The position numbers and the translations under genes are program-made. A stretch of 37,421 nucleotides of DNA. Origin: Thermoplasmata archaeon (GTDB lineage Archaea > Thermoplasmatota > DTKX01 > DATEUP01). The DNA lies in contig JBGPNV010000002.1 in NCBI GenBank assembly GCA_041487695.1, forward strand, positions 1 through 37,421, written 5' to 3'. A model generated the notes under the pieces. It searched no databases and was not told the DNA's origin. It saw nothing but the letters and a program-made list of their open reading frames with translations. Below, piece after piece: positions 9,095 to 17,484 of the stretch (position 1 is its first letter; every line of letters starts with the position of its first letter).

Positions 9095-10228
9095 TTACGC
9101 CAGCCGCTCGGCCACGCGCGCGATGCGCTCGACGCCTTCCTTGATCCGCGGCGGGTCGAGGGCGAAGGAGAGGCGGATGTGGCCCTCGCCGGCGGGCCCG
9201 AACTGGCTGCCTGCGGTGACCTTCACGCCGCCCTTCAGGAGCTCGGACGCGTAGTCCGTCGAGGTCATGGGCTTCTTCGTCTTGAAGGACGGGAAGGCGT
9301 AGAACGCGCCGCGGGGCTTCACGGTGCGCAAGGTGGGCACTTCCGCGAGCGCCTTGACGACGGCGTCGCGCCGCTTGCGGAACACCTCGCGGCGCCTCGA
9401 AAGCTCCGCCTCAGGGGTCGAGAGGGCACCCAGCGCGCCGTACTGGATAGGCTCGGCCACGCAGGCCATGTGGTAGAAGAACATCTTTGCAAGCTCGTTG
9501 AAGTAGGGAGGTTTCGCGACCGCGTAGCCGATGCGCCACCCCGTGAGGGCGTGGATTTTCGAGAAGGAGTTCACGAGGATGAGCTTCTCGGCGCGGCCGA
9601 GAAACGAGGTGAAGGGCCCGTCGAAGACGAGGTCCGAGTACACCTCGTCCGTGATGACGGTGAGCCCCCTGTCGTTGGCGAGGTCCGTGATCGCGCTCAC
9701 GGTGGGCCCGTCGAAGGTGGAGCCCGTGGGGTTCGAAGGGGAGTTCACGACGATCGCCTTCGTCCGCCTCGTGACCTTTCCGGCGATCTCGTCTAGGTCG
9801 GGGGAAAAGCCGTCTTCGGCGCGCAGCGTGTAGCCGATGTCCTTCGCCCCCATCATCCGCGCGTGCGGCCGGTAGTAGAAGAAGCCGGGGTCCGGGACGA
9901 GGACCTCGTCGCCCTCGCAGTAGAGAGCCTGGGCGGCAAGCGCGAGGGCGTGCGTGCCGCTCGCGGTGATGAGGACGTGCTCCGGACCTACGGATGGGTC
10001 GATTTTCTGGAGCCGCTTGGCCACGGCCGCACGGAGCGCGGGCAGCCCGAGGGTCGAGACGTACTTGTTCTTCCCGCCCTCGACCGCGTCCTCGAGGGCT
10101 TTCCTGGCCTCCTTGGACGGCTGGAAGTCGGGCTCGCCGAGGCCGAAGTCAATCGTCCCAGGCGGGGGCGGCTCGAAGAGCCGGGTCACATCCGGCAAGG
10201 TCAGGGACGAGGCGAGCTTCGAGAACAA
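9095..10228 (-). CDS. class I/II pyridoxal-phosphate aminotransferase (aspartate/aromatic type)
   Basis: GLGEPDF, the PLP-lysine motif NSFSKIHALTGWRIGY, and HIRLSF near the C-terminus. The track ORF (to 10399) would overlap the divergent gene. I trimmed it to an in-frame TTG at 10228, but the start is uncertain. Confidence 0.75.
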   Translation of the reverse strand: MFSKLASSLTLPDVTRLFEPPPPGTIDFGLGEPDFQPSKEARKALEDAVEGGKNKYVSTLGLPALRAAVAKRLQKIDPSVGPEHVLITASGTHALALAAQALYCEGDEVLVPDPGFFYYRPHARMMGAKDIGYTLRAEDGFSPDLDEIAGKVTRRTKAIVVNSPSNPTGSTFDGPTVSAITDLANDRGLTVITDEVYSDLVFDGPFTSFLGRAEKLILVNSFSKIHALTGWRIGYAVAKPPYFNELAKMFFYHMACVAEPIQYGALGALSTPEAELSRRREVFRKRRDAVVKALAEVPTLRTVKPRGAFYAFPSFKTKKPMTSTDYASELLKGGVKVTAGSQFGPAGEGHIRLSFALDPPRIKEGVERIARVAERLA

Positions 10229-10373
10229 GGACGAGCCTCGCGCACCCCAAGGAGGGCGCCGAGCACAAATCAAGGTTAGTGAGCGCGTCAAGCCCGGGGG
10301 CTTCCCTCGACCGTTTGCTTTTTCTCCAAGAGCCTGATGGGGCGCTTGAGGGCAGTCCCTCAAGGTACCCCCC

Positions 10374-11114
10374 ATGCCAAGCGCGAACCCGGCGCTCAAC
10401 GCCAGGACATTCCAAGGGATCTACGCGCGCGAAATTGGCGCGGCTACGATGACTCTCCAAGGGACCGCTAAGAAGGCCGGCGTCCTCACGCTCTGCGTGG
10501 CGATCACCGCCATGTACTCGTGGGTCCAGCTCTCCTATGGCGGCTCGCAGTACGTGATGCCGCTCCTCCTCGTGGGCATGGGCGGCGGGATGGCCCTCGC
10601 GGTCGTCACGATTTTCAAGAAGTCCTGGGCGCCGGTGACGGCGCCGATGTACGCGCTCCTCCATGGGCTGTGGCTCGGCGTCCTTTCCGTGATCTTCGAA
10701 GTCGTCTACCCGGGCATCGTCTTCGAGGCGATCGTGCTGACTTTCAGCGTTCTTGCGGTCATGCTGATTGTCTACGCGACCGGACTCATCGCCCCGACCC
10801 AGAACCTCAAGCTCGGCATCGCGGCGGCCACGGGCGGGATCATGGTCTTTTACATGCTCGGCCTGGTGATGTCGTTTTTCGGCGTCCGCATCCCCCTCAT
10901 TTGGGACAGCGGGCCCTTCGGGATCGCCTTCTCGCTCTTCGTCGTCGGAATCGCGGCCCTGAACCTCGTGGTCGATTTCGACTTCATCGAGCAGGGCGCG
11001 GCGCAGGGGGCGCCGAAGTACATGGAGTGGTACGCGGCCTTCGGACTTATGGTCACGCTGATCTGGCTCTATGTGGAGATCCTGCGGCTGCTTGCCAAAA
11101 CGCGGCAGCACTGA
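10374..11114 (+). CDS. Bax inhibitor-1/YccA family membrane protein (BaxI_1-like)
   Basis: 246 aa with about 7 TM helices. The conserved C-terminal region is NLVVDFDFIEQGAAQGAPKYMEWYAAFGLMVTLIWLYVEILRLL. Confidence 0.75.
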   Translation: MPSANPALNARTFQGIYAREIGAATMTLQGTAKKAGVLTLCVAITAMYSWVQLSYGGSQYVMPLLLVGMGGGMALAVVTIFKKSWAPVTAPMYALLHGLWLGVLSVIFEVVYPGIVFEAIVLTFSVLAVMLIVYATGLIAPTQNLKLGIAAATGGIMVFYMLGLVMSFFGVRIPLIWDSGPFGIAFSLFVVGIAALNLVVDFDFIEQGAAQGAPKYMEWYAAFGLMVTLIWLYVEILRLLAKTRQH

Positions 11115-11141
11115 CCCCCTTCGGCAACGGGGCAGGGCCCG

Positions 11142-12101
11142 CTACCGCCGGTCGGGCACAATCCGTGTTCCTGTCTTGGCCTCCAGCGCGCGCGCGACCG
11201 AATCGAGGTGGCAAATCAGCGCCTCTTTGCCGCCCCGCTCGATGTAGAGGATGGCGCCCTCGACCTTCGTCCTCATCGACCCCGGCGGGAACTCGTGCTC
11301 CGCGATCCACTGGCGGGCCTCCGTGACCGTCATCCGGTCGATGTCGGCTTGGTCGTCCTTGCCGAAGTGCGAGGCGACCTTTTCGACGTCCGTGAGGACG
11401 AGGAAACGGTCGGCCTTGAGTTCGGCGGCAAGGAGCCCCGAGGCGAGATCCTTGTCGATGACGCCCTCGACGCCCGTGAGGGCCCCGTCCTTGAGGACCA
11501 CGGGGATTCCGCCGCCGCCGACGGTGATGGGAATGAGGCCGCGCTTTTGGACGGCGCGGACGGCTTCGAGGTCGACGAGCTTGAGGGGCCGCGGCGAAGG
11601 CACGACGCGCCGCACCGTCGGCTTGCCCGACGCGACGGCGACGCGCTTCATCGCCCAGCCGCGCTCGCGCCCGACCCTCTCGCCCGAGGCCGGGTCGTAG
11701 TGCGGCCCGACGGGCTTCGAGGGGTCCTTGAATGCGGGGTCGCGCGCGTCGACGAGCACGCGCATGAGCACGACCGCGCAGCGCTCCTCGCGCCCGCGCG
11801 ACTCGAGTTCCCGGTCGAGGGCCTCCGCGATGAGGTAGCCCATCCACCCCTGCGTCTCGGCCACGAGGACATCAAGGGGCGCCGGCGCGACCTCGTCGGC
11901 CGCGCGCTCCGCCTGGATGAGGAGGCTGCCGACCTGGGGTCCATTCCCGTGCGTAAGGACAAGCTTCGAGCCGTCGTCGACGAGACCGGCGATCAGGCGG
12001 GCCGCCTTCCGCAGGTTGCGCCGCTGCTCGGCGCCCGTGCCTCTCTCCTCGGCACGCTGAATCGCGTTGCCGCCGAGGGCCGCAACGAGAAGTCCCGCCA
12101 C
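11142..12101 (-). CDS. arcC: carbamate kinase
   Basis: LVAALGGNAI...LTHGNGPQVG...GGGGIPV motifs and 319-aa length are typical of ArcC. GTG start lies 12 nt after the prsW-like stop. Confidence 0.9.
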   Translation of the reverse strand: MAGLLVAALGGNAIQRAEERGTGAEQRRNLRKAARLIAGLVDDGSKLVLTHGNGPQVGSLLIQAERAADEVAPAPLDVLVAETQGWMGYLIAEALDRELESRGREERCAVVLMRVLVDARDPAFKDPSKPVGPHYDPASGERVGRERGWAMKRVAVASGKPTVRRVVPSPRPLKLVDLEAVRAVQKRGLIPITVGGGGIPVVLKDGALTGVEGVIDKDLASGLLAAELKADRFLVLTDVEKVASHFGKDDQADIDRMTVTEARQWIAEHEFPPGSMRTKVEGAILYIERGGKEALICHLDSVARALEAKTGTRIVPDRR

Positions 12102-12113
12102 GTGAGAGCCCCC

Positions 12114-12860
12114 TCACACGACCCGCGGGTGCGCCGACTGCCGGTCGAGCTCGCGGATTTTCGCGCGGGTGAACCGGTAAACGAGGCTCGCGAAGATGAA
12201 CACGAGGAGGAGCGAAAGCAGGGCGGCCGAGTAGTCCTCTGTCGCGAGCAGAGTCATCGAGGCGAAGAGGTTGAAGAGCCCGTGCATCAGCATCGCGAGG
12301 AGTAGGAGGCGCAGGAACGCACCGGCGCCCTCGTTCATCCGCCGCGCTTTGGCGACCCCCCAGCCGGCCATGGCGGAGGACGAGGCGTGGAGCAGCGTGC
12401 TCGTGAGGGTGCGCAGGACCGAGGTGACGAGCCAGCCGGCCGTGCCGTAGACCGCGAGCGCCGCGAGCTCATAGGCGAGGTTCTCGGTCGCGGCAAACCC
12501 GAGGCCGGCGGCCGCGCCGTAGACGAGCCCGTCCTCCTCCTCGGCGAGGCGCTTCTTGCGCAGGAAAAAGAGCCCGGCGACCTTGACCGGCTCCTCGACG
12601 AGAGGTGCAAGGATCACGGCCAGCCACAGCTGCGAGGGCACGCGCGAGGGGCGGAAGGCGTCGAGGGGGACGTTCAGCGCGTCCTCGAGGATGAAGGCCA
12701 GGATGATCGCGACGATCGCGCCCCACGCGAACACGAAGAGCATGACCGGCATGGGATTGCGGGAGAAGCGCTCGGCGTTGCGGATGCGGATGAGGTAGAA
12801 GAGGGGGGGAAGGAAGGCGACGGCGAGGATCACGCCGACCCCGATGCTGGTGTCCGCCAT
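12114..12860 (-). CDS. PrsW family intramembrane metalloprotease
   Basis: Polytopic membrane protein with LVEEPVKVAGL (the EExxK motif) and LHASSSAMAGWG (His motif). A TATA-like CTATAA (12887-12892) lies 27 nt upstream of the ATG. Confidence 0.75.
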   Translation of the reverse strand: MADTSIGVGVILAVAFLPPLFYLIRIRNAERFSRNPMPVMLFVFAWGAIVAIILAFILEDALNVPLDAFRPSRVPSQLWLAVILAPLVEEPVKVAGLFFLRKKRLAEEEDGLVYGAAAGLGFAATENLAYELAALAVYGTAGWLVTSVLRTLTSTLLHASSSAMAGWGVAKARRMNEGAGAFLRLLLLAMLMHGLFNLFASMTLLATEDYSAALLSLLLVFIFASLVYRFTRAKIRELDRQSAHPRVV

Positions 12861-13025
12861 CTGCCCTTTCGATCGCGGAGCCCTTCTTATAGCCTTATGC
12901 GGGCGGCGTGAGAGCGTGAGAACCGCACCGGCCAGGCGGGCGGCGAGCCCTCACGAAGGTTTTAATCTCGCGCGGGGTTGCCGCGATACTCGGGCGCGCC
13001 CGGGGCAATCGAGGGAGGTTTGGCT

Positions 13026-13703
13026 GTGGAAGGAAGGCTTGAGACGGGCATCCCCGGCCTCGACGAACTGACCGGCGGCGGCTGGGTGGTGCCCTCCTCG
13101 GTGCTCGTGGCGGGGGCGCCAGGGACGGGCAAGACGACACTCGCGGTCCAGACGCTCTTCCACGGCGCGAAGAAGGGCGAGACCTGCGTGTACTTCACGG
13201 GGATCTCCGAGCCCGGGTGGGTCGTCCAGCAGTTCCTGAAGGGGTTTGCGTTCTTCGACCAGGCGCTCATCGACCAGGGGAAGGTAATCTTCTCCGACAT
13301 CGGCGCGCCGCTGCGGAAGGGCGCGCGCGAGGGGGTCGAGCACATCGAGCGCGAGGTCGAGCGGATCGGCCCCTCGCGCATCGTCATCGACCCGATCACC
13401 GCGGTGCACACGGCGGTCGACAGCGAGCGCCAGTACCGCGAGCTCCTGCACGACCTTACGGCGCACATGAAGGGCCTCAACACGGTGCTCATCATGACCT
13501 CCGAGATGGACCCGCACGAGCACAAGTGGGGGACGGACGGCTACATGGTGGACTCGATCGTCCTCCTGACGTACCCGAAGGAGGGCACGGTCCGGCGCAA
13601 GTACCTCGAGGTCGTGAAGATGCGCGGCACGAAGCACATGGGCGGCGACCACGTCGCCGACCTGGGAGCCGCGGGGTTCAGTGTCCAGCCGGGGCTGCGT
13701 TGA
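13026..13703 (+). CDS. KaiC/RadA-like RecA-superfamily ATPase (single domain)
   Basis: GIPGLDELTGGG, Walker A GAPGTGKTT and Walker B-like RIVIDPI. I prefer GTG 13026 as the start because GGAGG precedes it by 7 nt. The track start is TTG 12978. Confidence 0.8.
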   Translation: MEGRLETGIPGLDELTGGGWVVPSSVLVAGAPGTGKTTLAVQTLFHGAKKGETCVYFTGISEPGWVVQQFLKGFAFFDQALIDQGKVIFSDIGAPLRKGAREGVEHIEREVERIGPSRIVIDPITAVHTAVDSERQYRELLHDLTAHMKGLNTVLIMTSEMDPHEHKWGTDGYMVDSIVLLTYPKEGTVRRKYLEVVKMRGTKHMGGDHVADLGAAGFSVQPGLR

Positions 13704-13712
13704 AGCGCGCCT

Positions 13713-14459
13713 TCAGCCGGTTTCCGAGACCTCGGCCGCCACCTGGGGCGTCCCCTTTAGGGGGAGGTTGGCGGGCTCCTTCTGCCCCTGCGCGTAGAGC
13801 TGCAGGTAGGGCACGAGCGCGTCCATGACGCGGTTCTCGCCCTTGCGCAGGTGCTCCTCGAAGGTCGAGCGCGACACGCCGGAAAGGCGGGCGACGTCTT
13901 CCGTGCCGACCTTCCGGGGGGAATTGTAGTACCCGGCGCGGTGGGCCTTGAGGAGCGCGCCTTTCTGCTTGTCCGTGAGGTCGGCAAAGAGGCTGTGGAC
14001 CCAGATGTTCGTAGGCAGGACCGTGAGCGGGAGCTCGCGCTTCGAGATGAGCTCGGCGCGGCCGTGGGCCTGCAGCTCCTTGAAGACGGCGCGGGTCGTT
14101 TCCTCCTCGAAAGAGAGGACGCGCGTGTAGCACCAGCCGTCGGAGAAGACCGTGGGGGGCGCGATGAGCCCGGCGTGGGGCTCGACGATGTTCCAGATCG
14201 AGTTCCAGCGGGCGCAGGTGTCCTTGAGGAAAAAGGTGCGCCCGCCGTTGGCATCGCCCCACTTCTCGATGATCCACCCGCCCTTCTTGAGCTCCTTGTC
14301 GATGCCGTCGAGGACGTCGGTGCGGTTCGTGGGCACCTGGAGCAGTTCGCGGTTCCAGATGCACCAGAGCGACATCGGCGTGCCGGGGTAGCGGCCGGAC
14401 ATCTCGATGAAGGGGTAGTCGTACTGCGTGCGGAAGGCCGTCTCCCAGAGGTTCATCAC
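13713..14459 (-). CDS. HTH_10 (bacterio-opsin activator-type) DNA-binding protein
   Basis: C-terminal LTDKQKGALLKAHRAGYYNSPRKVGTEDVARLSGVSRSTFEEHLRKGENRV is a classic HTH_10. A TATA at about 14486-14491 lies 27 nt upstream of the ATG. Confidence 0.8.
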   Translation of the reverse strand: MMNLWETAFRTQYDYPFIEMSGRYPGTPMSLWCIWNRELLQVPTNRTDVLDGIDKELKKGGWIIEKWGDANGGRTFFLKDTCARWNSIWNIVEPHAGLIAPPTVFSDGWCYTRVLSFEEETTRAVFKELQAHGRAELISKRELPLTVLPTNIWVHSLFADLTDKQKGALLKAHRAGYYNSPRKVGTEDVARLSGVSRSTFEEHLRKGENRVMDALVPYLQLYAQGQKEPANLPLKGTPQVAAEVSETG

Positions 14460-14748
14460 GGAGGCGTGTTTCGCGCTTGCGGCCCATATAGGTTCGCCCG
14501 TCTATGGACGGCGTCGGCTGGTGGGTGAAAGGGGATCGCGGGGGGCGGCAATGGAGGATTGAGGAGAGCCGAATGATCCCGATGGATGTTGAGACGCTGG
14601 GGTATGTGAATGCCTCGAGCCGCAGGGCCGGGCGCTTTGCCGAACTCGAGTATGCGCGGTCCGACCGCATGTGGGCGATGGGGAGGCCCGGCGGCAAGCG
14701 GCCGGCGCGAGGGGAACCCGAGCGCGCGCGGCTCTACGCGTTGCTCGC

Positions 14749-15144
14749 CTACTTCTCGCGAAGGTATGCCTTCCACGGCTCCCAGTAGTTCTCCCTCCAG
14801 CCGTCGTCGAGCGCGTCGCGCTGGTCGTCGGGCACGCCCGCGTGGACCATCGTGAGGAGGCTGCCGCCACCCTCCGCCTTCTCGAAATGCAGGATGAGGA
14901 AGGAGTCGGGGTCGCTGCCCTTCCAGTCCGAGCCGCGCCAGGTCTGGGCGATGAAGGTCTTGGGGACTGTGGCGAGGAGCGTGCCGGTGATGAAGCCGTC
15001 CCAGGCACTCATCGGCGAGCCGGGCGCTTTGCCGATCTTGGCGTTTGAGCCGACCGCGGCGCTGTGCTTCTTCGAATCCATGTAGATGTCGAAGAGCTTC
15101 GCGGGGGCGGCCTTGAACTTCACCTTGTGGACGATTGTTTTCAC
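14749..15144 (-). CDS. SRPBCC/AHSA1-family protein (Aha1-like START fold)
   Basis: VKTIVHKVKFKAAPAKLFDIYMDSKKH...WRGSDW...GGGSLLTMVHAGVP resembles AHSA1-domain proteins. The track N-terminal extension (to 15282) is R/L-rich and runs into the promoter AT tract, so I trimmed to GTG 15144. The start is uncertain. Confidence 0.65.
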   Translation of the reverse strand: MKTIVHKVKFKAAPAKLFDIYMDSKKHSAAVGSNAKIGKAPGSPMSAWDGFITGTLLATVPKTFIAQTWRGSDWKGSDPDSFLILHFEKAEGGGSLLTMVHAGVPDDQRDALDDGWRENYWEPWKAYLREK

Positions 15145-15264
15145 CAGGGGCCGACCTTCTGGCCCTTGGCACGAGTTTTTGGGGATAAGGGCTAGCCGGC
15201 GGTTCGTACGCCCAAGGCCGAGCAACGGGCGCCGCAGCAGCCAGGGGCGCCTCGAACACGAATA

Positions 15265-15271
15265 TTTATAA
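15265..15271 (+). promoter_or_regulatory. TATA box (TTTATAA) of the vapBC operon within an AT-rich divergent promoter
   Basis: This is the only AT-rich tract in the neighbourhood. Its 3' edge is 24 nt from ATG 15295, which implies a leaderless or near-leaderless mRNA. Confidence 0.5.
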
Positions 15272-15294
15272 TCTTTATACACATACTAAAGTCA

Positions 15295-15537
15295 ATGGCA
15301 TCCAAGATGGTTTCGCTGGACACTGAGGCCTACGAGCTGCTGAAGGCCAAGAAACGCCCCGGCGAAAGTTTCAGTGAGGTCGTGAAACGTGTCGCCGCGC
15401 CGAAGCGTCCGCTTTCCGACTTCATCGGAATATGGAAGGACATGCCGAAGGGCGAACTCGACGAAGTGAACGAGATCATCAAGGAAGGCCGCCGCCTCGA
15501 CCTTGAGCGGCAGAACCGCCTGGCAAAACGAGCGTGA
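15295..15537 (+). CDS. vapB: VapB-type antitoxin (archaeal COG1753/DUF217-like)
   Basis: 80 aa. N-terminal SLDTEAYELLKAKKRPGESFSEVVKRV matches the archaeal putative-antitoxin family. It has a 4-nt GTGA overlap with the PIN gene. Confidence 0.75.
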   Translation: MASKMVSLDTEAYELLKAKKRPGESFSEVVKRVAAPKRPLSDFIGIWKDMPKGELDEVNEIIKEGRRLDLERQNRLAKRA

Positions 15538-15929
15538 TTGCCGTGTACTGCCTTGATTCCTGTTTCCTAATCGATGTGGCCAGCGGCGATGCCGGGGCAG
15601 CGCGGAAAGTGAGGGCCATGGAGGGCGCGGGCGCCACGATGGCCATCGCGGCTCCGGCCCTCACGGAAGTCCTCGTGGGCGCCCATGTCCGCGGCGGGGC
15701 GTACCTCCGAAGGATGACGGAGCTCCTCGCGCCGATGGACGTGTGGGCGACCGAGGCCTCCGTCGCCAGGGAGGCTGGCGAGCTTGGCGCCGAGATGCGC
15801 TCACGGGGTTTCCCGACACCCACCGTCGACCTGATCATCGCAGCGACGGCGCGCAGCCGGGCCGCTACGGTCGTGACCCGGGACGAGGCCTTTGGGCGCA
15901 TTCCCGGGATCGCCGTCGAGGCCTACTGA
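15534..15929 (+). CDS. vapC: PIN-domain ribonuclease toxin VapC
   Basis: 131 aa. N-terminal acidic LDSCFLID, a central E, and C-terminal DLIIAATA...VVTRDEAF are typical PIN acidic residues. Confidence 0.85.
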   Translation: MIAVYCLDSCFLIDVASGDAGAARKVRAMEGAGATMAIAAPALTEVLVGAHVRGGAYLRRMTELLAPMDVWATEASVAREAGELGAEMRSRGFPTPTVDLIIAATARSRAATVVTRDEAFGRIPGIAVEAY

Positions 15930-16013
15930 TACGGCGCCCCTGGGACCTGCGTGGGGGGCTCGGCGTGGCCCCGGGTTGTAGCCGGCGGCCCGTGCGAGAG
16001 GTTGAAACGGGGG

Positions 16014-16097
16014 TGCCGGGGGGGAGATGTGAACTCCCGAGCTCTTACGAAAGCAGTTTTCGAGACTGGCGCGTTACCGGCCTTGCGCGACCTCGGC
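16014..16097 (-). tRNA. tRNA-Ser (anticodon CGA), class II with long variable arm; atypical features
   Basis: Hand-folded sequence: GCCGAGG TC GCG CAAGGCCGGTAA CGC G CCAGT CTCGAAA ACTGC T-TTC-GTAA-GAG-CTC GGGAG TTCACAT CTCCC CCCCGGC A. The cloverleaf is present but has an A5.C68 mismatch, a C27.C43 mismatch and C at T-loop position 58. Confidence 0.7.
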
Positions 16098-16191
16098 AGA
16101 AGACGCGCCTGGCTTGCGGGGGAGGCCTTGGCGCCTCGCGGCCGGGGATTTGCGTTTGTGCGACGGAGATCCCGACCCCTGCCGCACGCCA

Positions 16192-16593
16192 TCATCGGAC
16201 CGCCTCCTTGGCGGCGTCCACGATACGCGCAGAAAGCTTGGCCATTTTTTCTGAGTCCCCGGTCGAGATTCGCCGCCCTTCATACTCGACGCTTTTCTTT
16301 CCACTGATCAGCTCATTCAGTTGGCGTTGAAGATCAGCCTTCCGCGGGTGGGCCGTTTGAGCCACGAGCGCAATTGCATCGGCGTCGCGTTGCCCGGCCG
16401 AACGAAGCCCCAGGAAATGGATGGTAATCGCGTCGACGGCGCTGATGCCGGCGTGAATGGCGAGCACGCCCGCCGCGCTGGGGTCCCCGGCGGCCAAAGA
16501 CCGGGCGGCCGCCCGCTGGAACTCCTCGGCCTTGCTAAGATAGGCGCGCGCCTCGTCCTTGGGTACGACGACGGTTTCGCGCTGCCTCGTCAT
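16192..16593 (-). CDS. HEPN-domain protein (putative toxin of HEPN/MNT module)
   Basis: 133 aa from ATG 16593, an all-helical sequence (AGVLAIHAGISAVDAITIHFLGLRSAGQRD...). Its ATG overlaps the MNT stop (ATGA at 16590-16593). The track N-terminal extension is junk. Confidence 0.65.
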   Translation of the reverse strand: MTRQRETVVVPKDEARAYLSKAEEFQRAAARSLAAGDPSAAGVLAIHAGISAVDAITIHFLGLRSAGQRDADAIALVAQTAHPRKADLQRQLNELISGKKSVEYEGRRISTGDSEKMAKLSARIVDAAKEAVR

Positions 16594-17183
16594 CGGGCGA
16601 CCTCCAGGGGATGGCCTTCGCGCCGCGCGACCTCCCGTATTCGGGCGCGGGCGCCGCCCTTCACCTGTTGCGCGGTGTACACGAGGGCCTGGACCGGGTT
16701 TCCAAAGCGGGCCAGGACTTGGGCCTCCAGGTTGCGGAGCGTGCTCGTCCACGCGGCTGCCCGCCGCTTGTCGGGGAAAACAACGAGGAGGTCCACGTCC
16801 GAATTGGGGTCCTCATCACCGCGCGCGACCGAACCGAAGAGGATTGCCTCCAGGGCGCCGGAGCCCTTTAGCGCCACCTCGAGGGCCGCAGTCAGCTCGT
16901 GGGTGGACGCGTTGTCCAGTCCGATGAGGGGCCTTAGCCGCTCGGCGAGGAAATGGCGTTCTTCGAGCGTCCATAGGCTGGCCCGCCCCGCGCGCCGTTG
17001 ACGCACGACAGCCTCATCGTAGAGGCGGTAGAGAGCCTCCATCGCCTGCGGCGCCGAAACGCTTGAGGCCTTTGCCAATTCCCGCCCCGTCCATTCGCGG
17101 CCGGGCGCCTTGAGGAGGGTCTTGAGGACCGCGATGCGGGCCGGACTCGTGAGGAGCGTTTCGGCCAGGTTGTGGAAGCGCAC
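16590..17183 (-). CDS. winged-helix + minimal nucleotidyltransferase (MNT) protein, putative antitoxin
   Basis: N-terminal wHTH (RIAVLKTLLKAPGREWTGRELAKASSVS...) followed by the nucleotidyltransferase motif LFGSVARGDEDPNSDVDLLVV. GTG start. Confidence 0.8.
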   Translation of the reverse strand: MRFHNLAETLLTSPARIAVLKTLLKAPGREWTGRELAKASSVSAPQAMEALYRLYDEAVVRQRRAGRASLWTLEERHFLAERLRPLIGLDNASTHELTAALEVALKGSGALEAILFGSVARGDEDPNSDVDLLVVFPDKRRAAAWTSTLRNLEAQVLARFGNPVQALVYTAQQVKGGARARIREVARREGHPLEVAR

Positions 17184-17196
17184 GGTGACAGGTTTT

Positions 17197-17212
17197 CCTT
17201 ACATGTGTAAGG
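17197..17212. promoter_or_regulatory. perfect 16-nt palindrome CCTTACATGTGTAAGG, candidate operator
   Basis: Lies 14 nt upstream of the GTG of the wHTH-MNT gene and next to an AT-rich TTAGTTAAT tract (17214-17222) that could serve as the TATA. Confidence 0.4.
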
Positions 17213-17484
17213 ATTAGTTAATGTTTTCCCTGTCGGGCCGCCGGCCCGCTGCGGCCTCTGGAGGCCATGGCGAGGGGCGGAGGTGCCAAGGGGGAGATTT
17301 GGACGCGGGTTTGCCGGTAAATCGTTCACGCGCCTGACCGCCGACCCTGACCCCCTAAACCGCAACAAGCCTACCAAACATGACTAATTGAGCCGCAAGC
17401 CGCGCTCCAATCTGGTTAAGGGCCTCGCCGCCCACGCCCATCCCGCTGCGAACCACAAGGGGCGCAGAAGGAGAACCTGCTCGG

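Noticed and set aside
14573-14788. A possible 71-aa ORF (MIPMDVETLGYVNASSRRAGRFAELEYARSDRMW...) preceded by GGAGG/GAGGAG in the 290-nt gap upstream of the HTH_10 gene.
   Set aside because: It overlaps the 3' end of the AHSA1-like gene by 40 nt, has R/G/A-rich composition and no recognisable motif. It cannot be told apart from a chance ORF without conservation or expression data, so it is left uncalled.
15951-16330. Track ORFs 15951-16307, 15743-16330, 15923-16195 and 16074-16304 across the tRNA region.
   Set aside because: They run through the tRNA-Ser(CGA) gene and the HEPN 3' end, and their translations are low-complexity.
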